DNA from: Gemmatimonadota bacterium
GTDB lineage: Bacteria; Gemmatimonadota; Gemmatimonadetes; Palauibacterales; Palauibacteraceae
Assembly (NCBI GenBank): GCA_039590175.1
Contig: JBDHFW010000030.1
Span: 1 to 53,779, forward strand
Reading direction: 5' to 3'
DNA: 53,779 nucleotides
Shown: positions 46,267 through 53,779 of the stretch, one piece after another
Position numbering within the stretch: the first letter of the stretch is position 1
Layout: the number at the start of each line of letters is the position of its first letter
The notes under the pieces: generated by a model
What the model saw: only the letters and a program-made list of their open reading frames with translations
What the model was told of the DNA's origin: nothing
Databases searched by the model: none
Translations under genes and position numbers: made by a program

Positions 46267-47319
46267 ATGGACCTCAACACCCTCATTCTCTTCGTCACGA
46301 GCCGGTGCAACGCCAAGTGCGGGACCTGCTTCTACTGGCAGGAGCTGAACCAGGCGGGCGACCTCACTTTCGAGGAGCTGGAGACGCTAAGCCGGACCAT
46401 GCCTCCCTTCAACCAGCTCTGGCTTTCCGGCGGCGAGCCGATGATGAGGAAGAGGCTGGACGAGATCATCGGCATGTTCTACGAGCGAAACGGCGTCCGG
46501 ACCCTCAACCTCCCGTCCAACGGTCTGTTCAAGGATCGGCTCGTCGAGCTGATGGACGTCGTGACCCGGGAGATGCCGGACCTGAAGGTGAACCTGAACA
46601 TCGCCCTGGACGGATTCCGGGAGACCCACGACCGGATCCGGGGTGTGCCGGGCAACTTCGACAAGGCGATCGGAGCACTCGAGGCACTCTACCCGGTGAG
46701 GAGACGTAACCCGAAGATCCGTTTGCACGTGAACTCGGTGATCACGGCCGAGAATCTCGACGAGCTGGAGGAGCTCGGGTGGTGGCTGCTCCAGAACCTG
46801 GACCTGGACGGCCAGTACTTCCAGATCATCCGGGGCGACCCACTGGACCCGGATCTGGTCGTGCTGGATCCCGATCGACTCGCCGCGTTCTACCAGCGGC
46901 TGAAGCCGATCCACGAGCGATACGGCCAGAAGCTGGCGGCGCGCAACGGGGGCAGCCTGAAGGGCTGGCTGAACAAGCTCTACTACACTCAGACCCTCTT
47001 CTTCTACTATGCCGTTCAGGAGGAGAACCTGGAACGGTCGAACCCGTGGCCGATGGCCTGCACTGCCGGCCAGTCCATCCTGGTCGTCGACTACAACGGG
47101 GACGTGCGCGCCTGCGAGCTCCGCGGCTCCGTGGCCAATCTGCGTGACGTCGGCGGCGACTTCGGGCTGATCTACTCGTCGGTGGCAATGAAGCGCGAGG
47201 TGAAGCAGATCGTCGAGGACCAGTGCTGGTGCACGCACGTCTGCTTCATCCATGACAGCGCGCAGACCAACCGCCGGGTCCAGCTGTACGACATCCCCCT
47301 GCACCGCAAGGTCGTCTGA
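46267..47319 (+). CDS. Radical SAM protein with C-terminal SPASM/twitch-type auxiliary cluster
   Basis: CNAKCGTC, SGGEP, HDRIRGVPG; C-terminal CTAG..GDVRACE..CWCTHVC. Confidence 0.92.
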   Translation: MDLNTLILFVTSRCNAKCGTCFYWQELNQAGDLTFEELETLSRTMPPFNQLWLSGGEPMMRKRLDEIIGMFYERNGVRTLNLPSNGLFKDRLVELMDVVTREMPDLKVNLNIALDGFRETHDRIRGVPGNFDKAIGALEALYPVRRRNPKIRLHVNSVITAENLDELEELGWWLLQNLDLDGQYFQIIRGDPLDPDLVVLDPDRLAAFYQRLKPIHERYGQKLAARNGGSLKGWLNKLYYTQTLFFYYAVQEENLERSNPWPMACTAGQSILVVDYNGDVRACELRGSVANLRDVGGDFGLIYSSVAMKREVKQIVEDQCWCTHVCFIHDSAQTNRRVQLYDIPLHRKVV

Positions 47320-48629
47320 GCTCGGCGCTCTCCCTTCTCGTCGACGTCTTCCTCGCTCTCGCGGCGATCTCGCTCGTCGAGTCGCTGCTCGCCCTCCGCG
47401 GTGGCGTGGAGTTTCTCCGAGCCTTCCGCCACGCCGCCGGAACCCCCGAAGCCTCCGAGGCCTCCGAAGCCTCCGGGCGTGGCGGACCGGGGCCTCGGCC
47501 GGACGCAACGCCGCCTGCCACGCTCTTCGTGCCGATGCGGGGGCTGGATCCGGGCCTGGAGGAGAACCTCGATGCCTACCTCTCGCTGGATTACACGGAC
47601 AATCACGCGGACCATCAGGTGCTGTTCGTCACCGACCGGGAGGATGACCCGAGCTTCGAGCTCACGCAGAGGGTGAGCGCTCGCTTTCCCGAGGTGCCGA
47701 GCCGGGTGTTGGTCGCCGGCCGGGCCCAAGGCCGGGGACAGAAAGTGCACAACCTTCTGCACGCGCTGGATCGCGTTCGCGAGCAGGACAGCGTGCTCGT
47801 CTTCGGGGACTCGGACATACGCCCGGGGCCGGATTGGCTTCGCGATCTGGTCGAGCCGCTGGCCGATCCACAGGTGGGAGCGAGCACGGGTTTTCGCTGG
47901 CACATTCCGGTGGAAGGCGGCCCTACGTCCGTGCTCAGATCCGTCTGGAACGCCGGTATCGCCTCGCTCATGACCGGAACGAGCCCACCCTTCGCGTGGG
48001 GAGGCGCCATGGCGATCCGCCGGGAGACCTTCGACACGGCGGGCATCCGCGAGCGATGGCAGGGAGCGCTCAGCGACGACTACGCGGTCACATGTGCGGT
48101 CGAGGATCTGGGGCTGACGATTCGATTCGAGCCCCGCTGTCTCAGCTTCACCTACGCGGACTGCTCGACGCGAGAGCTGTTCGACTGGATCTTCCGTCAG
48201 CTCGCGATCACGCGCGTCTACAGGCCTGTTCTCTGGCGGGTGGGGCTGGCCGGCGAGCTGCTCGGCAACCTGACCTTCTGGGGTGGGCTGGCCGTGCTTG
48301 CGGCCGGGAGTCTGGCGGCGGCCGATCTGGCGGTCGATCCGGCGGGCTCGGGCTCCGCCTCGCGACTCGTCGTGCTGGCGGTACTCCTCGCCGCGGCCTG
48401 GGCGGCGCGCGGCGCGAAGGGCTGGATGAGGCTCCGCGGCGTCACCGCGCTATTTCCCGACGTCGGCGCCCAGCTCCGCCGGTGGAGGGCCGCCTACTTG
48501 CTCGCAACGCCGCTCTCTTCCTTGATCTCCCTGTCTGGATTCCTGCGCTCAGCGGTCTCCCGGGAGATCTCCTGGCGCGGCACCCGTTACCGGATGATCT
48601 CGCCGAACCGGACCGAGATTCTGGACTGA
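47316..48629 (+). CDS. Membrane glycosyltransferase, GT2/ceramide-glucosyltransferase (HpnI-like) family
   Basis: KVHNL, FGDSD, WGGAMAIRR, ALSDD, WIFRQ, ISWRG.RY. An N-terminal TM helix extends in frame to CTG 47316 (ORF track start 47406). Confidence 0.85.
   Translation: MSSALSLLVDVFLALAAISLVESLLALRGGVEFLRAFRHAAGTPEASEASEASGRGGPGPRPDATPPATLFVPMRGLDPGLEENLDAYLSLDYTDNHADHQVLFVTDREDDPSFELTQRVSARFPEVPSRVLVAGRAQGRGQKVHNLLHALDRVREQDSVLVFGDSDIRPGPDWLRDLVEPLADPQVGASTGFRWHIPVEGGPTSVLRSVWNAGIASLMTGTSPPFAWGGAMAIRRETFDTAGIRERWQGALSDDYAVTCAVEDLGLTIRFEPRCLSFTYADCSTRELFDWIFRQLAITRVYRPVLWRVGLAGELLGNLTFWGGLAVLAAGSLAAADLAVDPAGSGSASRLVVLAVLLAAAWAARGAKGWMRLRGVTALFPDVGAQLRRWRAAYLLATPLSSLISLSGFLRSAVSREISWRGTRYRMISPNRTEILD
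47446..47475. repeat. In-frame 9-nt tandem repeat (EAS x3)
   Basis: ccgaagcct ccgaggcct ccgaagcct ccg. Confidence 0.75.
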
Positions 48630-48645
48630 CGCGTTCAGAACGACC

Positions 48646-49182
48646 TCAGAACGAAAGCCGGAGGGCGACCCCGTCAGGCCCTGCCGCGAAGCCCAGACGA
48701 TCCAGGGGCAGCTCTTCCCATCGTTCGTCGGCGAGAAGCAAGCCGATCAGCGTCCCGATCGCTCCGACCGGTGCGCCCACGACGAGCGCGACTATGGCGA
48801 CGTTCTCGCCATCGCAGCTCGTATCCTCATCGCTGCAAAAAACCGCCAGGAAGATCCCTGTCGAAAGGAAGAACCCGCCCACGCCGCCAACGACGGGCGG
48901 CACCCAGCTCTTTCCGCGACTCACCTCGAGAGCCTGAATCGAATCCAGCGGGAACGACAAGAGCTCTTCGTCGGCCCGCAGCTCGAGTCGGCCTCCCTCG
49001 AGGAGTTCCAGCCTGCCCGTGACCGAGCAGCCGGGACAACCCGACTCCGGGTGGAGGCGGATTCGAGTTCCCGGGGTTAGCTCCTGGAGCGCTTGCCCGG
49101 CGGCGTCCGTCGGTCGGGCCGCCAGCAGCGCCAGCACCAGCAGCGGCAAGATGGGCGGCCGGAGGAGGTCGTTATCCATCAT
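48646..49182 (-). CDS. Hypothetical exported/membrane protein with Gly-zipper-like helices
   Basis: Signal peptide, PGTRIRL domain, GGVGG/GAPVGAIG helices, C-terminal LRLSF. Overlaps the cytochrome stop. Confidence 0.7.
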   Translation of the reverse strand: MMDNDLLRPPILPLLVLALLAARPTDAAGQALQELTPGTRIRLHPESGCPGCSVTGRLELLEGGRLELRADEELLSFPLDSIQALEVSRGKSWVPPVVGGVGGFFLSTGIFLAVFCSDEDTSCDGENVAIVALVVGAPVGAIGTLIGLLLADERWEELPLDRLGFAAGPDGVALRLSF

Positions 49183-51568
49183 CGGACTCCAGCTCCGAAA
49201 GCAGGCGACGGGCACCGGCATCCTCGGGCCACGCCTCCACGAGCCTCCTGGCGTACTCGAGCGCGGCTCCGAGCTGTCTCCGATCGCGGTGGATCGTGGC
49301 GAGGCCCATCAGAAGATCGCGATCCCACGGAACCCTGTCGAGCGAAGCCCTCAGCAATTCGAGGGCCTCGGGCGAACGGCCGGCCGAGTTGAGGGCGATC
49401 CCGTAGACGAATGCGAACCGCACGTTGTCCGGTGCCGCCTCGACCGCCAGCGACAGCTCGGTGAGCACTTCGTCCCAACGCTGCTGCCGCGCGTAAACGA
49501 GTCCGAGGGTGTGGTGAAGAGCCGCCTCGCCGGGCAGGAGTGCCAGTGCCTCCCGCAGCAAAGCCTCCCCCTCAGCATCGCGTCCCTGCACGCGGTAGAC
49601 GTCGGTCAGGTTGACGTAGGCGGGTACGTAGTGCGGTCCGATGCGGATCGCCGTCCGCAGCTCTCGTTCGGCTGCCGCGAGATTTCGCCGGTTCGCCTCC
49701 AGAAGTGCCAGGTTCACGTGAGCGCTCGGGTGATCGGAGTTCGCCAGCTGAGCCTCCACGTACTCGCCGATGGCGCGGTCGAGCTCAACGCGCTGCGCCG
49801 GTGTGAGCACTTCCGGCGGGACCGGCGCCAGGACGCGTCCGGCCTCGATGCGCACGGCCCTCGAGGCATCCGTCAGGAGCGGCGCCACGAGGTTCAGTCG
49901 CCGGTCCGGTTCGACTGCCTCCATCGCGCGCGCGGCCGCCGCCCGCACGAGCGGGTCGGCGTCCCCCAGCGCCCGGGCCGTCGCCATCAACGACGCGCCC
50001 GATGGGTGCCGCGCGAGCAGATCGGCCGCCGTGGCCCTCACGATCGCCGGAAGATTCGCATCGTCTGCCAAACGAGGCAGTGCTCCGACGCCGAGCGGGC
50101 TGCCTTCCCGGGCGGCCGCCAGCAAAACCCCGTAGTGGACCCCGCTCTCCGTGTCCTCGCCGACCCCCGTGGGCGCATACCACTCGGCAATGATGTCGGC
50201 GGCCCACCCCGCCGATCGATCCGCGTGACATCTCGTGCAGGCGCTTGGCACGCCGATCGACAGCGACAGATCGGGCCTTGGAACCCGGAAGCTGTGATCA
50301 CGCCTCGGGTCCACCACCATGTAGGTCTTGGAGGGCATGTGGCACTCGACGCACTGAGCGCCGGTCGAGTCGGCCTGGTGAAAGTGGTGCTCCCGTACGT
50401 CGTATGCGTCCGGCAGATGGCAGCGGCCGCAGAGCGCGTTTCCGGACGCGCTGAGCTTCAGGCTGTGGGCGTCGTGGCAGTCCGTGCAGGTGACGCCGGC
50501 GGCGAACATCCGGCTCTGGAGGAAGGAGCCGTAGACGTACACCTCCTCATCGATCTGCCCGTCCGGATGGTAGAGGCCCTCGCCGAGGGTCGCGGGCAGG
50601 TGGGTGTCCGTGAGCGGTCGGCCGTGCTCGTACGGATCCGCGATCGTCGAGCGGCGGGCGTGACAACGTCCGCAGGCGTCCACCTGCGGGTTGGAGGTGG
50701 GGGCAACCTTACGGGCGATGGCCGCGCCCGGATCGAAAACCCAGTCGGAGCCTCCGGATGAGAGGTCGACGACGAGGCCCATCTCTGCGGCCGGCAGGCC
50801 TCCAGCTTCGTCGCCGGGCCGACCCTGGGCCTCATCGCCCGGATCGGAGCCGCTCTGCCCGCGCTCCTTGGCCCAGGCGGCGTGGCGCGAGCCACGGCCA
50901 TGACACGCCTCGCACGACACATCGATCTCGGCCCAGGAGGTCTCGTAACGGTCGTCTGCCAGCACGTACCCTTTTCTGAGGTTCGTGCTGTGGCACTCCG
51001 CGCACATGTAGTTCCAGTTCTGCGCTGGCTGGGTCCAGTGGAGGACATCGTCCGCCGCGATCTCCGCATCCGGGTAGAGGTGAAACCAGCGCTGGCCTCC
51101 CTCCGCGGCCGGTCTCGCGTCCCAAGCGACGCCGAGCGCCTGGAGACGGCCGCCCGGAAACTGCACGAGATACTGCTGCAGGGGGTCGACCCCGAAAGCG
51201 TACGCGATCTCGTACTCCTTGGCCGCCCCATCCGGACCGACCGCTTCCACGAGGAAACCGCCGTCTCGCTGAAAGAACCGGTATGTTTCGCCGAAGTACG
51301 TGAAGACGGCGTCCCCGAAGTCACCCAGCACCGTCTCCTCCGTAGGCTCCTGCATGGCCAGATCGTGATGCGAGCCGGCCCAGGCCGTGGCTTCGCCCTC
51401 ATGGCACTCGGCACACGCGGACCTGCCGACGAAGAAGAGGGAGTCACCGGACGTTGCACCCGCCCGGTATCCACCGCCTCCGTCGGAACATGCCGCACCG
51501 AGCAGCGTGGCGGCCACGGCCAAGAACCCGTGGATTCGCTGTGACGGCCTGCAGGTTCGCTGCGTCAT
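49172..51568 (-). CDS. Multiheme (8 CxxCH) cytochrome c with HEAT and TPR repeats, lipoprotein
   Basis: CAECH x2, CEACH, CGRCH x2, CTDCH, CVECH, CTRCH; DHSFRVPRP; HEAT D.DPLVRAAAA; TPR YVNL/HHTLGLVY; GAAC lipobox. Confidence 0.92.
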   Translation of the reverse strand: MTQRTCRPSQRIHGFLAVAATLLGAACSDGGGGYRAGATSGDSLFFVGRSACAECHEGEATAWAGSHHDLAMQEPTEETVLGDFGDAVFTYFGETYRFFQRDGGFLVEAVGPDGAAKEYEIAYAFGVDPLQQYLVQFPGGRLQALGVAWDARPAAEGGQRWFHLYPDAEIAADDVLHWTQPAQNWNYMCAECHSTNLRKGYVLADDRYETSWAEIDVSCEACHGRGSRHAAWAKERGQSGSDPGDEAQGRPGDEAGGLPAAEMGLVVDLSSGGSDWVFDPGAAIARKVAPTSNPQVDACGRCHARRSTIADPYEHGRPLTDTHLPATLGEGLYHPDGQIDEEVYVYGSFLQSRMFAAGVTCTDCHDAHSLKLSASGNALCGRCHLPDAYDVREHHFHQADSTGAQCVECHMPSKTYMVVDPRRDHSFRVPRPDLSLSIGVPSACTRCHADRSAGWAADIIAEWYAPTGVGEDTESGVHYGVLLAAAREGSPLGVGALPRLADDANLPAIVRATAADLLARHPSGASLMATARALGDADPLVRAAAARAMEAVEPDRRLNLVAPLLTDASRAVRIEAGRVLAPVPPEVLTPAQRVELDRAIGEYVEAQLANSDHPSAHVNLALLEANRRNLAAAERELRTAIRIGPHYVPAYVNLTDVYRVQGRDAEGEALLREALALLPGEAALHHTLGLVYARQQRWDEVLTELSLAVEAAPDNVRFAFVYGIALNSAGRSPEALELLRASLDRVPWDRDLLMGLATIHRDRRQLGAALEYARRLVEAWPEDAGARRLLSELESDDG

Positions 51569-51793
51569 CTCAAGGATCAGGCTTAGTTCCGGGTCGCTCG
51601 ACCGGGGTCGCGTGGGCGCGGGTCCAACAGAACGCCTGCCGGCCACTTACGCGAGCCGCGGTGTAGCGGAGCAACCTTGCCTGATCGCCGGCGAGCGTCT
51701 ACAGTATGCGCCGATTTCGCGCTGAGCATACCGGGGCGTATGGACTCGGCACCGGTGTGTTCGGGGCGGATGTGACCTGAATGGGGAGGAGAG

Positions 51794-52459
51794 GTGAGAC
51801 ACATGCTTCGTCTTAGAGTCTTCGGATCGGCCCTCGCTCTGGTGCTGCTGGCGTCGTCGGCTGCGCTCGGCCAGGGGAAACTGGAGATCACACCGATGGC
51901 CGGGGTTTCCACGGCCGGCGGCGTGGATATCAACACCGAGGCTACCGGCCGCGAGTCGTTCAGCGTCGGCAGCGGCTTCACCTGGGGCGGCACGCTGGGC
52001 TACTACCTGAGCCGTTATGTTCAGTTCGAGATCCAGTACGCCCGCCAGAACAGCAGCCTGAGTGCCGATTTCACTCTGGACCCAGACTTCCCGGAGTCCG
52101 TAGACCTGGGCGTCGACCAGATTCTCGGCAACTTCGTCTTCCAGACCAACTTGGCGGGGGGCACATTCTCGCCCTTCTTCCTGGTCGGGGCGGGGGCTGC
52201 GATCTTCACGCCGGACAACTCGGACCTGCCGGGCGACCTTCAGGTCGACAGCGCAACCAGATTCCAGTGGGGAATCGGCGGCGGCCTCAAGGTGTTCGTC
52301 AGCAGCAACGTGGGTTTCCGCTTCCAGGGCCGCTACAAGCCGACCAACGCAGGGTCGCAGCTCGAGTTCTGGTGCGGCATCTGGACCTGCGGCCCGGTCA
52401 ACGCCACACAGTACCTGAACTCGGGTGAGTTCCTGGGCGGCGTCATCATCCGGATCTGA
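51794..52459 (+). CDS. 8-stranded OmpA-like outer membrane beta-barrel protein
   Basis: Signal peptide, WGGTLGYY, FSPFFLVGAG, WGIGGGLK, VGFRFQGR. RBS GGAGGAG. Confidence 0.85.
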   Translation: MRHMLRLRVFGSALALVLLASSAALGQGKLEITPMAGVSTAGGVDINTEATGRESFSVGSGFTWGGTLGYYLSRYVQFEIQYARQNSSLSADFTLDPDFPESVDLGVDQILGNFVFQTNLAGGTFSPFFLVGAGAAIFTPDNSDLPGDLQVDSATRFQWGIGGGLKVFVSSNVGFRFQGRYKPTNAGSQLEFWCGIWTCGPVNATQYLNSGEFLGGVIIRI

Positions 52460-52500
52460 TCGGACGCAAGAGACCGGGAAGCTCCAGAGACCCTATCGCG

Positions 52501-52534
52501 AAAAGGGGCGGCCCGTCGGCCGCCCCTTTCCTTT
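52501..52534. terminator. Rho-independent terminator, possibly bidirectional
   Basis: aaaggggcggcc-cgtc-ggccgccccttt followed by ccttt. Confidence 0.8.
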
Positions 52535-52631
52535 GCCCGCACGATCCGCGCATCATTGTCGGCGGATTCACCCCGACCCGGCCGGCGGCGATTCCGACGC
52601 GGCCGTTCCATCCGACACCAAGGAGGCGAAC

Positions 52632-53035
52632 ATGCGGACTGCGGGAGGCATTCTGCTCATCCTCGCGGGAATCCTGGCGATCGCAATGCCCTTCGTCGCG
52701 GGGAGCATCACCGTGCTCATGGTGGGGTTCCTGATGATCATAGGCGGTTTCGTCGAGATCCTCCACGCCTTCGGCCGCCCCTCCTGGGGGCAGCGCATCG
52801 CCTGGATCATCCTGGGCCTCCTGATGGCGATCGCCGGCCTGGTCGTCGTCGGGCATCCACTCTTGGGGCTGGACGAAGCTGGCTCGTGTTTGGCGGGATC
52901 GTCGCACTCCTGCTGGGAATCCTTCTCTGGCGGCAGTGGCCTTTCTCCGGGATCTGGGCCGTGGGCACGCTCGTCGGGGTCCACCTCCTCTTCGACGGGT
53001 CCTCCCTCCTGGGCTCGGGGGCCGATGAAGCGTAG
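52632..53035 (+). pseudogene. HdeD/DUF308 membrane protein, disrupted at about 52871
   Basis: GILLILAGILAIAMP..VGFLMIIGGFVEILHAF..HPLLGL, then a frame change to GRSWLVFGGIVALLLGILLWRQWPFSGIWAVGTLVG. One TM segment appears to be missing. RBS AGGAGG. Confidence 0.8.
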
Positions 53036-53073
53036 CGCCTGGGATCGGCCAAGGAATCGAAGGATCTGAGCCG

Positions 53074-53424
53074 ATGGCAGAGGAGACGATTTTCAGCAAG
53101 ATCGCAGCGGGCGAGATCCCGGCGGACATCGTTTATCAGGATGAGGTGGTCACCGCGTTTCGGGATATCAACCCGCTCGCACCCACCCACGTCCTGATCG
53201 TCCCCAACCGGGTGATCCCCGCCATGACGGACGTCACGCCCGAGGACGAGCCGGTACTCGGGCATCTGCTCGCCGCCGCCGCGAGGATCGCGGACGATGA
53301 GGGCTTATCGGAAGACGGCTACCGCCTGATCGCGAACTGCGGACCTCACGGCGGGCAGGAGGTGCCCCACCTCCACCTGCACCTGCTCGGAGGCCGGCCG
53401 CTGGGGCCGATGCTGGCGGAGTAG
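53074..53424 (+). CDS. hinT: Histidine triad nucleotide-binding protein
   Basis: [48 protein letters not shown]. Confidence 0.95.
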   Translation: MAEETIFSKIAAGEIPADIVYQDEVVTAFRDINPLAPTHVLIVPNRVIPAMTDVTPEDEPVLGHLLAAAARIADDEGLSEDGYRLIANCGPHGGQEVPHLHLHLLGGRPLGPMLAE

Positions 53425-53502
53425 CCAGCCCGGGCGAACCCGCTCGCCGGGCTCGGCGGGACCGTTGGATGCCGGCCATCGGAACCCGCACCGGCGGAGT
53501 AG

Positions 53503-53779
53503 CTACCAGGCGATCCCGTAGTCCTCCCCGTGGTGGCTGGAGCCGCCCCACATCGTGCCGTGCTCGCGGTCAAAGTAGATCGCGTTGATCGGGCCCGACG
53601 TCCGCTCCCTGAACTCCAGGTCGTAACCCATCTCGCGAAGCTCCGCCCGGACCCAGGGCGGAACGTCGTTCTGGAGCAGGAGTCGGCCGGGCTCGGAGGG
53701 GTGATCACGGAAAGACCCCTTCATCTGGTAGCTGTTGATGTTCGGGGCCTCCGCCGCCTCCTGAACGTTCATCTCCCAT
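53503..53779 (-). CDS. ggt: Gamma-glutamyltransferase family protein, C-terminal fragment (5' part outside window)
   Basis: MNVQEAAEAP..ELREMGY..SGPINAIYFD..GTMWGGS resembles the end of the GGT small subunit. Confidence 0.75.
   Translation of the reverse strand, partial: WEMNVQEAAEAPNINSYQMKGSFRDHPSEPGRLLLQNDVPPWVRAELREMGYDLEFRERTSGPINAIYFDREHGTMWGGSSHHGEDYGIAW

Overview
High-GC (by eye about two-thirds G+C) bacterial chromosomal window. Gene content suggests a diderm such as Gemmatimonadota (inference). It contains about 50 genes and no rRNA, tRNA, CRISPR array, integrase or transposase. Main blocks: Vgb-like lyase and Oar-type TonB-dependent receptor; an NHEJ locus (ku and ligD divergent, with a MerR-HTH/TPR gene directly behind ku); an outer-membrane barrel-cupredoxin fusion plus a Tat-lipoprotein cupredoxin; rhomboid, alpha/beta hydrolase and a pentameric ligand-gated ion channel; an MlaEFD-PqiC lipid transport operon with an Omp85 gene; an atypical-kinase-Omp85 fusion head-to-head with a metallophosphoesterase lipoprotein; acyl-CoA dehydrogenase; typA; three Phd/YefM-PIN toxin-antitoxin pairs interleaved with a metal-SBP/FtsX-type ABC operon; a CDGSH protein; several OM barrels; leuB-like dehydrogenase; ACE-like M2 peptidase; a radical SAM-GT2 pair; an octaheme cytochrome-HEAT-TPR protein; HdeD; HIT; and the 3' end of ggt. 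At least seven genes carry indels (homopolymer slips, short deletions, one 28-nt duplication), most likely read or assembly errors. The best candidates for undescribed systems are the Ku-linked MerR-TPR protein, the envelope kinase-Omp85/phosphoesterase pair, the barrel-cupredoxin pair and a multi-hairpin intergenic RNA candidate at about 25.74-25.93 kb. All family calls are from motif recognition by eye, with no database search.
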